64,000 nt of DNA from Lama glama. Taxonomy: Eukaryota. The position numbers and the translations under genes are program-made. Location of the stretch: positions 60,204,001-60,268,000 of the forward strand of contig CM052816.1 in assembly GCA_028534125.1 (NCBI GenBank), given 5' to 3'. The notes below the pieces were generated by a model. That model did not search any database. It was not told the DNA's origin and worked only from the letters and a program-made list of their open reading frames with translations. The number at the start of each line of letters is the position of its first letter. Position 1 is the first letter of the stretch. Positions 1 through 64,000 of the stretch are shown in pieces.

Positions 1-1853
1 ATCTTCTTTATTTTTAATTTTATTAACCCTTAATATAAACTGGAGCGTTTTTATTTTTAAGTTAAAAAATTAGACCTCCTTCAGCAGAGAAACGTTAGAG
101 AATATATAACCATGCAGAAGGGTGCAGAAAAGGAAAATCACTGACACCAGTCTAGTAATCGCACATGCCAAGAGTAAAACTTCCTGAGCAGAAGCGACAT
201 GAAGAGTTTCCCAGAGAAAAGTCAAAAGACCATCCCTTTTGGTTTCTCCATTCTTTCTCTCACAAGCTATCAGTTTTCTGAGGTTTTTTTTTTTTTTCCT
301 TTCCTTTTTTTTAACCACTGATAATACACCTTTGTCCAGAAAAAACAATGCTTATCTCCCTTTTCCTTCTAAATGCTAAATTATAAGCCTTTTTGCTTTA
401 AAAATCAACACTATCATCACATTAAGATACATAATCCACCCAGTGAATTCAATACCATTATGAATGATCCTTTGAAAGACCAGCCAGCACATTTTAAAGT
501 GCTGACCATGTGACATTCTTTGCCTAGGAAAGAGGCTTAATTAGATTTTACACTTCTGTTACACTGCCATATACACATCACTCGACTGCACAGCTGAAGT
601 TTGGTCCTAGTTTACAGCAGTGGCACAGACCCCAATGTGGGGTCTAAGCTGAGGGAAGCCTAGGACTTAGGACAGAGGGCGTGGGAATAGCACGGCTCAA
701 GGTCACCCACTGTGCCGCAGGTGCAAGAGAAGATTCAGAGACTTCATGGGACACTCACCTGACCTACAAAGGAAGACAATCTTAAGACAAATAGCAACCA
801 TCTTTCCTCTTCTATATCCCAAACTCAATCCCCCTTCACAGTGTATCTATTCCATTCACTCTAAATAAAGAAATCAACTGCTGAAGGGCTTGACAAAAAC
901 TGCTTCACAAATCCAAAAAAAAAAAAAAAAAACCTCATCTGAAAAACCGTAAGCTTACTTTGAGGTGAGTTACACATTCCCTTCTCATTCTAATTTGGTT
1001 TGGATGGGCTCACTGACAAGTATAAAATGAAAAGCTGAATCTCTTTACAACAAATAATTTATTGGATGCATTAGAGCACTACACCTAAAACTGAGATACT
1101 TTGACTTCTCACTGCTTCAAATACAACGTAGTCATGAAAAAAGAAACAGGTATAAAGCAGCACCTCCCTAAATGCCAGAGTGTGAACATACAGCATTCTC
1201 TGTCATCACCCCTCCATCTCGTCCCGCCATCTCATTTCATAGCGCTGTATACAAGCGTGTGTTTCTTTTCTGCCAATGGTGGATAATGTCACCTTAATGT
1301 TCTGTAAATGTCAAGGGTTCCTTCTTTTTGATGGTGGAGCAATATAAAAATCAACAAATTTAATCAAATTTAATTTTACTACAGTCACGGTTTTCAGATT
1401 TCCTAATTACCCACGGCTATGAGCAAATCAGCTCATCTCTCTATTCTGAACAGTCCCCAAGGTCTTTGATTATTTTTAGTGTGTGTACAGGGGAGAAACA
1501 GAGAAAGGTGGTTTGAATCTATTAATCAAAATGCATGGCAGGACATAGAGAGCTTTTTTAAATAATTTTTTAAATTATAAAAGTAATCCAACACTCAGAC
1601 ACCATTCCCCTCCCTCCACCTCCTACATTTCTGGTAGTTAGTAAGCTAAAGAGACCGGGAGAGCCTAAAGAATTCATTCCATTAAGACTGTATTCCAAAG
1701 GGAGGCAACTACATTCAGAGTAAATAATAAACTAAGAAACAGATGAGAACTTAGGAATATAAAATATGTGACTTACCTACATTTGATTTGATTACCAAGA
1801 TGAACTAAAAATGGTTAGGAATCTTAGAATACTAGCTTGTTTCTCCACTACTT

Positions 1854-2175
1854 TTTAAAAAAATATAATATTTATCATTTATTTTTTGAAGGGGAGAGCT
1901 GATTAGGTTTATTTTATTTATTAATTATTTATTTATTATTACTGTTATTAAAAAATTCTTACTTTTTATTGAAGTGTAGCCAATTTACAATGTTAGTTCC
2001 AGGTGTACAGCAAAGCAATTCAGTTATATGTATATACACACACATATATATATTTTTAGGTTGTTTTCCATTACAGCTCATTATTATTGCTATTTTTTAA
2101 TGGCGGTACTGGAGATTGATCCCAGGACCTCCTGCATGCTAAGCATGTACTCTACCACTGAGCTATACCCTCCCC
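1854..2175 (-). mobile_element. Vic-1-like tRNA-derived SINE, interrupted by an L1 3' fragment
   Basis: Head GGGGAGGGTATAGCTCAGTGGTAGAG...CCTGGGATCAATCTCC at 2175 down to about 2098; tail AAACCTAATCAGCTCTCCCC at about 1910-1891; CACTACTT repeated at 1846-1853 and 2180-2187. Confidence 0.85.
1947..2080 (-). mobile_element. L1 3' end fragment nested in the SINE
   Basis: TTTTTATTGAAGTGTAG...TTTACAATGTT...GGTGTACAGCAAAG resembles the other L1 3' ends here (21270-21505, 59309-59858). Confidence 0.8.
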
Positions 2176-3566
2176 ACCACACTACTTCCTCATTGCTATT
2201 CTCTTGGCTTTACAGAGTTAAGACAAGTGGAATTATTCTACGTGGAAACAGAATAGAGGTGAAAAGAGAGAAGGAAAAAACACAAAATCATTTTTCCCCA
2301 CGATCAGTGATAAGCCCATGTGAAGCTCCACAGAACCAAACTTCTCAGTGAGGCTGAAATAAATCCAGCCTGTAAAATTTGTTTTCTTGAAATGACTCAA
2401 AACAAAACAAAACAATTACACTATGAATATTCAGTTAGTTAAAGAAATGTTCACAAAAAATCTTGGACTCATTCATGGTTATCAATATAGCATGCTGAAT
2501 GTGGCTTAATGAAAACATTTATTACAGCAACCTTAAGCCATATCCACGTTTTGTTTTTTAGGAGCATAAATACACATTGCTCTACAGAAGGATATGTTGT
2601 GCATGAAATTTTTACAAACCAAGTAATATTTTAAATGCACTTTCAGGACTTGCTCTGGGGGAAGTGCCAATTCAATCATCTAATGAGGACACCTCTATGA
2701 TTAAGGACCAGCAAGTATTCGTGATTCATTAAGCCTGTGAAGACACTGTTCTTGTTCTCAGGAAGGCTTACTTCACACAAAAGTGACATCATAAAGTGCT
2801 CTCACAGGGAAAGTCCAGGCCCCTGGTCTGCCTCCCATACAGCCAAAGATGTCTCAGCAGAGTCTGCACCAGTTACCCAGAGGCTGCAAAGGTAACCTGT
2901 GTACAATGGAGTTGTTGCACAGGCACCTAAGATGCAGTGTTTAGCATTTCTGACTCCCCTCTCCCTTCTCCGTCTTAGATACATGGAAGGCCACTGTGAA
3001 CCTCACAGTATGAGCATCCTGCTGCACTGATGAGGGTCTAGTGTGGAAACGCTACAGTTATGGGGTACAGTGTGGCCCCTAACAAAAACCAACTCCTTCA
3101 AAGAAATAACCACCTGCTCCAACACTACAGGGTACACTAGCTTACACTGTACCTTATGGGTGATGCTTTAAGACACGGTGGAGGGTAATTTTGGCCATGT
3201 GACTGATACTCTTGCTTACAAACTTTGAGCCAGAAGCAGTGCCACAAGACATGCCTTTGCACCCATGACAGAGAATGTGCTTCCCTAATGGCCGTCAAAG
3301 GACCCATCGAAAACCAGCTGCGGAAGTGAAGGCTTCAGATGAAGCAAGAATGATCTGATGTATGGCCAGACACTGCGGAGTGGTCTGGGACATCTGATCT
3401 CAGTTCTGAGGAGCTCATCACCCAAGCCTAGAAGTGGGGCCGCGGAGGGAGTGGAGCAGCACAAAACGCCCATCATCACTGCCTGGCTGGGTCTCCGGGC
3501 ACCAGCAGTCCCCTCTCAATGTGCTGGGTGATGCCTGGATGGCAAGCGCCATGCTCAGGGGCTTAC

Positions 3567-54395
<50,829 letters not shown>

Positions 54396-56421
54396 CTGTA
54401 GAGAGAAAGAAAAAAATTTTTCACCATGATTTTATTTTTGTATCATTATCTACATCCATAATTTTCTTCCCTTTAGTAATAAATTTCTGTACGCCTTTGT
54501 AAAATGTCCATCTCGTCAACACATGTTTTTGTTCTCCTTGGAGCAGAGACAGGGGGTCGGCTTGATTCCAGCACAGCTTCTCAAGCGTGTAATACATGAA
54601 TAAACACACCTATACTAGCCGGCAGTCGCCTGTATATTCAGTAATCTAAATATTCCGGCCCCCAGAATAATGACTATGCAACTGTCTTGGTTCCTGCTCT
54701 TCAGATGTTAGCATCTCCAGCAGCAGGAGGATGAGGAAGTGTAAGCTTCAACTCGGAAGGTGGCGCTTTCTATTTGAGGGAGGTAGTCTCTGTCTTTTTT
54801 ATTTACAGAAACTGAATAAAAGTCCGAGTTTTCAAAAGTAAATCGTCGTATTCCCAAGTACATTTCTGGAAAGGCTGAAATGTCAGAACTAGTCATAAAA
54901 TACTGGGGAGAACCCAGCAGTTGAGACCGATTCCTCAAATGGCCCAGCAGGACCAGCCCTTACCAATATTTTCTTCAGCAGCTCCTGAGCAGCTGGGTGG
55001 TGACTGGCCAGGAGGCCTTTGTAAGCCACAGCCACTGAGAGACTGGCAGAGGGGGTCCTCTCCGAGTCCTCCCGAGGCGGGTGGAGCGTGGGGTTGCTCA
55101 CTGTAAGGGGGCAGCTCCTGGGGGGACTTGCTACCTGCACCATCAGACCACACAACCTGCAGCTGATGACTGAGAAAGCGTGGCAGGCAGCAGGAAGGGG
55201 GGTTCAGGGCACTCCAGAGCACCCTGCTTCCCTCTGTGTGTTTAATCACGTTGGCAGAGTTGCCGGAGGACCGGCTGGGACTGTAGCTGGTGCAAATAAG
55301 GAGGTGAGGAAAGGCTGAAAACTAATCCTCTCTGTTCTCCAAACATAGAAAACAAATCAAGAAGACATGTTTAATCCTTAATAGCAAGCCAGGTGCCACG
55401 TTACTGAAATGACAATTGTAATTAGGCATAAGGAATACAAGATGGCACCTTGGAGTCAGCGCCTAGCTGTAAAGGTAAACCATTTATTACCTGTGTGCCA
55501 AAAAGAATAGACTAACACATTACAGTGGATCATTTCAGTGTTACCTCGAGGACTTCAGGACTGGCTACACCTCTAATGAAATTTTTTCAATTAACTTAAA
55601 GTTTCAGATTTTATAGTGATGTCTTCAACAGATGCCACTAGGTTTATGACAGCACAATTAAAGCCATTTAACTGGGAAGCGCGGAGAAGCCCATTTCTTT
55701 ATGGATAGAGACTCAAGAAGACTTTTCTTCCTGCTGCAATGAAATTTATCATGACTTTGCATCTGCTGTTCCTTGGGCCCCTGGAGAAATAGATTCTGCT
55801 TTTGCCAGCCAGTAATCCAGGACTCTTTCTGTCCATTTATCTGCACTGTAAATTAAGTTCTTTCAACCTCTCTCAACAGCCTTCATTCCCCCTCCCCTCC
55901 TCCCAGTTTAGTTTGTACATCACTCTACATATTCCTTAAAAGGTCATGATAACTTCAAGATGGCTGGAAATCTTGCTTCCTAAAAGGAAACAAATCAAAT
56001 GCCAGAAATCTCTGTGTCGATTTTGTTTTTTATTTGGAAAAAAGACGTCCACTTTGCTCGCACCCCATATAGAGCAAACTACCAGTAAATTATGAGGAGA
56101 AACAAAACAACTGAAGCCAAGGCATTGTGAGAACAATCCCTGCTGCCCTATTCACCGAGAATCAGTAACACGGCCAGTGAAACTTGGCACCAAATTCTCA
56201 GCCCTGTGTTCTTCGTAAAGAGAACAGGAGATTCTATGAGATCAACTAGAACAACTAGACAGAGCTTATTACATATTTTTAACAATCTGAAGCAGGGAGA
56301 AACAAGGAATTGTCTTAAAGATCTTTCCACTTTTAGAGATTTTGAAGGAGTGGTCCCCCAGGAAGCCATGTAACATCCTATAATATATGTGGAGACCCAT
56401 CACTTTGAGGATGCATGAGTA

Positions 56422-56448
56422 GAGCTAGAGCTAGAGCTAGAGCTAGAG
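56422..56448. repeat. (GAGCTA)n hexanucleotide repeat
   Basis: About 4.5 units of GAGCTA. Confidence 0.85.
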
Positions 56449-58919
56449 AAGTAGGTTAATTTAACTCTACTCTTAAAAAAAAAAAAAAAGGCTACCATTA
56501 ACCATTTCTCATCCTCAGGTTTGGCCTTCCCATCCTATGCTGCTTTTCCAGGCCCATTCATTGAGGATGTTCCTCGCTTTCTTCTCTGCTCCTACACTGC
56601 TACAAAACCAAGGCCAAACTCCCCCAGCTTCAAGACTATAGAGCTGCTCTATTATCTCACCAATCACAGCTCTTTCTTCTTGTTCTCATCAGACTGAAGA
56701 GCTAGGTGAAATGCAAGTACACACACCCCATGTTATCACAAAGGCTCCTAGGCATGGTGGGATGCTGGAGGAAATGAGGGTGGCTAGAGCTAGAATACCT
56801 GGTAATTCCTTGAAGACACTGGACTATAGCTTAATTTGAGGGCAGTTCAGCAAGCTGGAGTTAAGAGAGGAAATGGAAGGACTTCAGGGAGGGGAGAAAA
56901 TTAACAAACGCAGGAGGACAATGCAGTAGGCTCTCTAGAAGCAGGGGATTCAGACTGGTAAAGCCAATGAGCTGTGAGCTATGTGTACTGGTACCACCTA
57001 GAGGAGGGCCTTAACAGATGTTTGGACCCAAGAGAGGGACGCTAGAGATGTGAGACTGGCATGAGTATGCTGAGTGGACAGAGGCTTCGCCAAGGAGGAG
57101 GGGCCAGAGTAGGGTGTGGAAAGCCCATAGAAAGGATATGCTGGTGAGCAAACCAAGTGTAACTGGTGTGAATTAGGACTAAGAGAGAAAAAAAAAATTA
57201 CAAACTCAAAGTGACTGATGCTTCCAATGTGAGCAGTCTGGAAGAATGACTGCCCAATTAAGAGGGAACTTTTAGGGAGAAGTAGGGTGGTAGTAATAGT
57301 AGAGGAAGAGAGTGGATGAGTATTCTATAGACTTTTGTGTCATTTGTTACAGAAAAGTCCTCATTGTTTCCTTAGGGAGAAATGACAAGATTAGCAGACT
57401 AGATAGGCAGAAGTCAATCTTTGAAGTCTTTGTTCCTATTTGAAATAAAAATTGATTTCTATGTTGTCTCTGAAGACTTGGGGGCACTATTTTGTCACAC
57501 AAAACAACACTAGCTTAGAACAGATAGAATTATAAAGCACACTTTATATATTCTTAACTTGGGGATGCACAGCACTTCCCCAGGATGAGAAAGCAAGACA
57601 GATTGAAAGCAGAGTCCTAGACTTGACCTTCACTCCTCACAGCACTGCTCTCTGAATTCATCCACCCATCTGCAAAGCAATACCTGGGAGACTCTCAAAT
57701 GCAAACTGGTGCCAGTTAATTCTCTGCCCATATGTGCAGCACTTGCTGATAACTCCAATCCTGGCGCTCCCAGGGATTGCTGGCTCTTGGATGTCTGAGT
57801 GTGAGGACACTTTATAGACTGCTGCTTCTGACCTGGTGAAGGAAACCTTCATGGCGGTCAGGTATTGGATAGGTAATTAACTCCACGATCCCCAGGGGGA
57901 ACTAGCATGGCTAATACGCAGGCAGTACATCAAAACAGTACTTTACCTAACGGAGCTACACAGGGTGCCTCATTGTAGAGGCAGTTATTGTTAAGAAAGT
58001 GATTTCCAGATTAATTAAATTGTTTAATTGCTTTGTAATTAGCCTGAAGAAGTCGTGTGTCTTTATCACAGAGAAACAAGCTGCAAATCTTTTTCAAAGG
58101 CATATGCTATACCCACTATAGATTATTAATGTGCTCTTAAAAGCTGTCTGTTCACAAAATGAGAGTTGCGGGTTGCCATGATTTCCTAACCGGACTGAGA
58201 GAATCCAAGAATTAATGATGACTGCCATTTGAAATTCCTGGTGGATCAAAGAGGAAGCCCCTACTTGAATCCTTGTTGTTATTACTTGATGATCGGCTTA
58301 AATGAGTTGTGACGTTTTACACCATAACAATCAGCAGCAGTGTTTCTTATCTCTCCACAGGAGATTCGCAACAACGAAGTGACACTGCTTAAAAATCTGA
58401 AGACCAAACTTCACAGGACCAAACCTAGGACCCCCTTACAAGACGAGTGCTAGCAGACAAAAGGGACCATGAAAGAGTTATGCAGGGACCTCAAGCTGAG
58501 GGAACTTGGAAAAATAACAATTCAAATTCACCTGAGCATTTTCAGTCTATGCTACCAGAACCAGCTGATGCAAGAAGAGAGTCAGAAATCCTTTTGCTTA
58601 GCTGTCTCAGAAACTGGCCCCTCTCCAGATCTAACTGCGGAATATTCATTAAACACGGGCAGCTGTTTAGACTCTAAGTTGACAGAGAAAAACCTTGATT
58701 GGTCTTCAGTGGCATGCTCTCCGGGTGAGTTGGCAAGTGTTCATAGCACCAATAAATAGAAGCAGACTTTTAGGCCTCGGTTTTCAAGTGAAGAGAGAAT
58801 TCCACGCAATAGACCAAGGCCTTCTTAAAGTCTGGCCTCTCTGAACCTCTTTTGGTTTCCCCATCTCTGCCATGTTGATCCTTCTCCAGCCAGCACCACG
58901 AGTCACTGTCAGCTGACTG

Positions 58920-59300
58920 ACTCATTCAACAAATATTTATCAGTCCTCCACTAAGAGAGGGGAATGGTGTGATTTGATTTACATGTTAGAAAGAACCCTC
59001 TAGCTGTTCTGTGACCAGTGGGCTCCAAGCAGGCATGAACGAAGCAGGGAGACCAGTTAGGAGGCTACCAGCATAGACAGGGTAAGAGATGATGGTGGTC
59101 GGGACAGGATGGGAGTAGATCTCAGGTGTGTTCTGGCAGTACAGCCACCAGGGTTTACTGAGAAACTGGACTGAGTGGAATGATGGGGGAAAGAGAGGAA
59201 ATAAGAGGAAATAAGTACAGAATTTAGGACTAAGCAAGTGGATGGATGGTGGCTCTAACTGAGATGGGGAAGAATGAGGGAGGTCAGGGCTTGGGAGTGT
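58920..59300 (-). mobile_element. L2 LINE fragment
   Basis: CATTCAACAAATATTTAT terminus; GAAGCAGGGAGACCAGTTAGGAGGCTA internal motif. Confidence 0.7.
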
Positions 59301-59308
59301 GAGAAGAA

Positions 59309-59858
59309 ATTCATAAGAGCCAAGACATGGAAGCAATCCAAGCACACGTCAACAGACGACTGGTTTAAGAAGATGTGGTATAGATACACAATAGAACATT
59401 ACTCAGCCATAAAAAAGAACAAAATACTGCCATTGGCAACAACATGGCTGGAGGGTGTTATGCTTAGTGAAAGAAAACAGAGAAAGACAAATACTTATAT
59501 GTATATGTATCACTTATATGTGGAATCGAAAAAATAATACAAACGAATCTATAAACAAAACAGAAACAGACTCACAGATACAGAAAACAAACTTATGGTT
59601 ACCAAAGGGGAGCAGGAGGGAAGGAGAGACAAAATAGGGGTATGGGATTAACAGGTACAAACTGCTAGAAAGAACATAGATAAACAACAAGGATTTACGG
59701 TATGGCACAGACAATTATACCAATATCTTGTAATAACCTATAATGGAACGTGACCTGCAAAAATAAATAAACAAGCAAACAAACAAACAAAAAGACAAAC
59801 CACTATGCTGTACACCTGAAACACAACATTGTAAATCAACTATACTGCAATTAAAAAA
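59309..59858 (+). mobile_element. L1 3' portion (ORF2 C-terminus plus 3' UTR), 5'-truncated
   Basis: ORF 59274..59537 contains AKTWKQSK..STDDWFKKMWYRYTIEHYSAIKKNKILPLATTW, the L1 ORF2 C-terminus; ends AAATCAACTATACTGCAATTAAAAAA. Confidence 0.92.
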
Positions 59859-62005
59859 TGTAAAATTACCTTGAAAACCTGCATAAGATTTATGAACTTT
59901 TCTTTATGGAAGCAGCACCGCAAATAATTTAAAACATATGAAAATGTTCTAATGCTCCACACTGTCCGCAATTGCATATAACAATGTTATACTTACGCAG
60001 TTCTCATATGTAGCATTTATATTACAATTAAACATTTAAAACTTCTGTTACATTTTTTTTTCAATTGTACTTGAGAGCAAATAACATTTTTCCAGCTCAC
60101 ATTATTTAATGTCGAGTAGATTTAATAGCCCTGATCTGTTTGAGATACCCAAATGAGATAACAGTGCTAGTTAAAGGTCTGCAGAGAGGAAAATTCTGTA
60201 GGTTCACTACTGAAGTTTGGGTAATGATAACTTCAATTATTCTATGTCCTGTCACTGTAGGTAAAGCTGAATGAAATGTAATGCCATGTATACTGTACTT
60301 CATGTCTTTTTTCCTCTCACTAACTTATAATTCTAAATGCAATGCTGGTGAGGGATAAACTCTGGTTACATGTGCAGACATACAAAAAGTGCATTTTGAC
60401 TTCTCAGTGCCTAACCTAGCCCTTGTTACACAGTAAACTAGAAATGTGTTTTTTTTCTAATTTAACAACTACTCATTAAGTTCTTTTTAGGTACAGTGCG
60501 TTGAACTACCTGTTAGCTAAAACAGATTAAATATTAGGTGAACAAGACCCAAAAGAGCTAAAAGTCTACTGACAGAAGCAGATTGGTACATCACCAACTC
60601 TAGATTCACAAGATGTGAGACCAATTCTGGATCCTTATTCACACAAAAAAGACATTTTCTTAAACGAAAGCCCTTAAATGTATCAAAATTACTCAGTAAA
60701 AAACAAACTCTCAATGACGATAAGACCCAGAGAATGTACTGTGTTTAAAATAGACTCTGAACAAATGAACATGTCCTACTTTCCAAGGAATGACTGATGA
60801 GCTTATAGGGTAGAAAACACGTAGGGAGTGAAAGAGAGATCCAGTAACAGGTCAATTTCTATGTCATAAGACTCTCACGGATGCCTGTCTCCATTTCATG
60901 GCGCATTCCTCTGGAATTTGTGTAGTGTGTTTGAAATGCTGTGGCATTGACACGAATTCCTTGGAGATGTGTTATAATGGGTTCTTGAGAATGTTTTAGC
61001 TTTTCTTTGACCCTTCCTTATTACTCTGAATTGATGTCACATCTCAAGGTGATCCCGAGTAAAGACTGGTGAATGTCAAGAGTGATGAAGAAAGTTGATT
61101 TTTAGTTGTATGTTTTCCTCCCACCTATAGTAATTCATCTTTGCAGCAATAGAGAAGAAATTACTTTCAGCTTTTGTTTAAAGTTACTGAGGAGAGTCTG
61201 TAAGGTCAAGGAAGGGGAGGTAAGAACACAGCTACTATAACAGATATTCTGAAGTTTCATGCAATTTTATGAAATTTGATGCATTCTATTAATCTTAGAT
61301 AATTAGTCTCTGAATGTGGATAAAAGACTGAATTAAAGAATATAACCTAAGGTGTGCATATTTTTTCTAACTTACATGAAGGGATTTCAATTCCATAACA
61401 TAATGAGATATAAAGAATTTCCATTTTTACCTAAAAGGGGGTGGATGATATCAGGAAATTGGTTCTTCTCAGATTGTTTGCTTCAATTGCTGAGTAATTT
61501 CTAGTCAAAGAGGAAGTGTTTAAATGAAATGCTGCACATTCATACAACTTACTAAATGTAATCTAAATGTAATTTCTATTATAAACCTCTTCCTTTCAGT
61601 TCTGCTTAAAAATATAAATACTAAATTTAAGATGGTCCAACTTAACAACTGCTAAATGTTCCTTTGGCTTCTGTTACACAGGAACTCCATCTGACAGAAG
61701 CAAAATACGTGTATGTATTTTTTTTAATAGTTACTTGATCGTTTTCAAACTCAGAAATACACTGAGATCTAAAAGAATCAAAGACATTTAATTCTCTTGC
61801 TTCACCATAAAATAATATATAATATACCAAGTGTCTAATGAATCAGAATTCTGACTTTCATTTCCCCCAAACCATACAGTACGAGATCTTGGAAATTTCC
61901 TGGCACCGAGAGTCTTGCCTTCTATTTTTCTCTCATGCCCCTATTCCATGCCCTTAGGTCAGTAAACAGTTCTCAATCTGCGTTGAACAAGAGAATCACT
62001 TGGGA

Positions 62006-62383
62006 GGAATGGAGTATTACTTGATCATAAAAAGGGAGATCCTGCCTATTGCAATAATATGGATGGACCTGGAGGGCATTATACTAAGTAAAATAAGTCA
62101 GGTGGAGAAAGACAAAGACTATAGGTTCTCACTTACATGTGGAGTCTAGACATCTCAAGCTCATAGAAATACAGGGTAGAATGGTTGTTGCCAGGGGCTG
62201 TGGGAATTGGGGGATGCTGGTCAAAGGGTATGAATTTCTAGCTATAAGATGAATAACTGCTGGGATTTAAGGTACAGTATGGTGATTATAATTAACAGTA
62301 CTGTATTATGTACTTGAAAGACATAAAAAGAGTAAGTCATAAATGTTATTACTACACACAGCAAAAAATGGTAATTATGTGAA
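62006..62383 (+). mobile_element. L1MA-type 3' fragment
   Basis: ATGGATGGACCTGGAGGGCATTATACTAAGTAAAATAAGTCAG...GTAGAATGGTTGTTGCCAGGGGCTG. Confidence 0.85.
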
Positions 62384-62385
62384 GG

Positions 62386-62465
62386 CCACTCCAAGTTATA
62401 TGCAGATTTTCAACCACACAGGGGGTCAGTGCGCCTAACCCCCACGACTATTCAAGAGATAACTG
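62386..62465. mobile_element. Tigger2-like terminal fragment
   Basis: AGTTATATGCAGATTTTCAACC...GGGGGTCAGTGCGCCTAACCCCCACG...TTCAAGAGATAACTG. Confidence 0.55.
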
Positions 62466-62469
62466 CTTA

Positions 62470-63430
62470 TATATTCTATACTTGTTTTTTGATTAATATT
62501 CTATAGATATAGAAAGATCAACTTTCTGTATCAGCCGTCATCATCTCTAGCATTGAATGAATTTCCAGTGTATCTGGTACCATAATTTAATCTTCTATTA
62601 ATGGGTCTTTAGATTGATTTCACTGTTTTGATGATTCAATGAAAATCTTCTGAATCCTTAGATGATTATATCCAATACCTAGAAGCAGAACTACTGAGCC
62701 CCATAGTGGGTTCATTTTTCACTTTGGTGCATATAGCTCAATTATTCTCCACAGAAATTGCCCTAATGTGCACTCTCACTCATGGCATATAGGACACCAT
62801 CTCCCCTCAATCCTGCCAACGCTGATTTTTTTTTTTTTCGGATTTTGGTCCCATCACTTTATTTTCATATGCATCTCCTTAGGTTATAAGTGAAGCTGAG
62901 AATCTTTTAATATGTTAACTTAGCATTCATGTTTCTTTTTGTGCAAAGTACCTATTTCTTACTTTGCTCCTCTGAGTTGCTATATTAGTCATCTTAAAAA
63001 ATGATTTGCTGTTTTGTTTTGGGGTTTTGGGTTTTTTTTTTTTTTTGTATATTGAGGCACTTCTGCCAATACAGTGAAGATGTTTCTCCCATTTGTGCTT
63101 ATCTTTTACTGCTGCTGTAACTCTTCTGTTGAGAAATTTTTATTTCACCTAATTTATCAACCATTTTTCTTTAAGGCTTTTAGGTTTTGTACCTTGTTTG
63201 GAAAGGCTTTCCCCACTCTCAAATTATTTTATAAATGCAACCATAGTTCCTTCTAGTACTTTTACAATTTCTTTCTTTTTTTAATTAAAAACACTTTTCT
63301 TTATCTACATGGGATTTATTTGGTATAAGGAGTGAGATACAGCAGTCTAGTTTATTTCTTTTCCAAGTGGCTAATCAGTTGATTCAAGACCATTCATTGG
63401 CTTTAATAATCTACATTTTCCCAATGATTT
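62470..63430 (-). mobile_element. Old degenerate L1 fragment
   Basis: T-rich stretch with reverse-strand L1 motifs (TTTATTTGGTATAAGGAGTGAGATA...CAAGACCATTCATTG); boundaries approximate. Confidence 0.6.
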
Positions 63431-63672
63431 AAGTAAGGTACATTTAAGGAAAGCCAAGTAATTTGATGCAGAGACAGGGAATTGTAGGAAATTCGAGCAA
63501 GGCAGTAAATGATGGGGAGCACAGAGAATGAATGAAGATCAAGCTGGAAAATCTGAAGGCCAGTTGGAAGTGTCCTTTAGGGCAGTACTCCAGGTGACTC
63601 TTCCCTCCTGTTTTATCAAGTACCCCAGGTGATTCCTGGGCATACTAGAGTTTCAGGATCCTGTCTTTAGAA

Positions 63673-64000
63673 CAGTCATTCTTAACCTTGGCTTCATATT
63701 CAAATAGCTGAGGGAACTTAAAAAAAAAAAACAAAAAAAAAAACAACCCCAACGAGCAAGTCACACTTCAGTCCAATTAAATAAGAATGGGGATTGGGGT
63801 GAGGGCAGGATCAGTCATTGGTAAAGCTTCCCAGGTGATTCCAAAGTGCACTCAAGTTTGAGAAACACTAATTTAGATTCTACTGGAGAAAGTGAATTTT
63901 ATAGATTAAGTTGTTCTCTAACCTTACTATGTATCAAAATACCCTGGGGAGCTTTTAAAACGATATATACTGATGCCAGTTCAGACACAGGAAGTTTCCG
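63673..64000. mobile_element. Cluster of MER5-family elements
   Basis: CAGTCATTCTTAACCTTGGC...CCCAGGTGATTCCAAAGTGCACTCAAGTTTGAGAAACACT; another copy starts near 63911. Confidence 0.65.

Noticed and set aside
59274..59537. ORF with a protein-like motif
   Set aside because: Dead L1 ORF2 C-terminal remnant, not a host gene.
59990..60020. Minus-strand donor TGC|GTAAGT with nearby ATGs as a possible alternative first exon
   Set aside because: Both ATGs give phase 2, but the next exon (54395) needs phase 1; no promoter features seen.

Overview
Mammalian genomic DNA, most likely camelid (alpaca/llama/camel), judged from several Vic-1-like tRNA-derived SINEs. The whole window lies inside the MAST4 gene (microtubule-associated Ser/Thr kinase 4) on the minus strand. 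I reconstructed 18 consecutive GT-AG coding exons (54395 down to 3567, 2331 nt, 777 codons) with every splice phase matching. They encode the pre-kinase DUF1908 region, the complete AGC kinase domain, the AGC C-terminal tail and the start of the linker towards the PDZ domain. The 5' exons and the PDZ/3' exons lie outside the window. An additional in-frame 9-nt microexon candidate sits at 50348-50356. Introns hold SINEs, L1, L2, MIR, MER DNA transposons and an ERVL-type solo LTR; repeat family names are from recall of consensus sequences, not a search. Most ORF-track entries are spurious. I found no convincing new biological system. The most interesting observations are the microexon, an in-frame tandem splice donor, a near-perfect 122-bp direct duplication bracketing a coding exon, a poly(A)/TSD-flanked retrocopy of an LTR-like 3' end, and an L1 fragment nested in a SINE.
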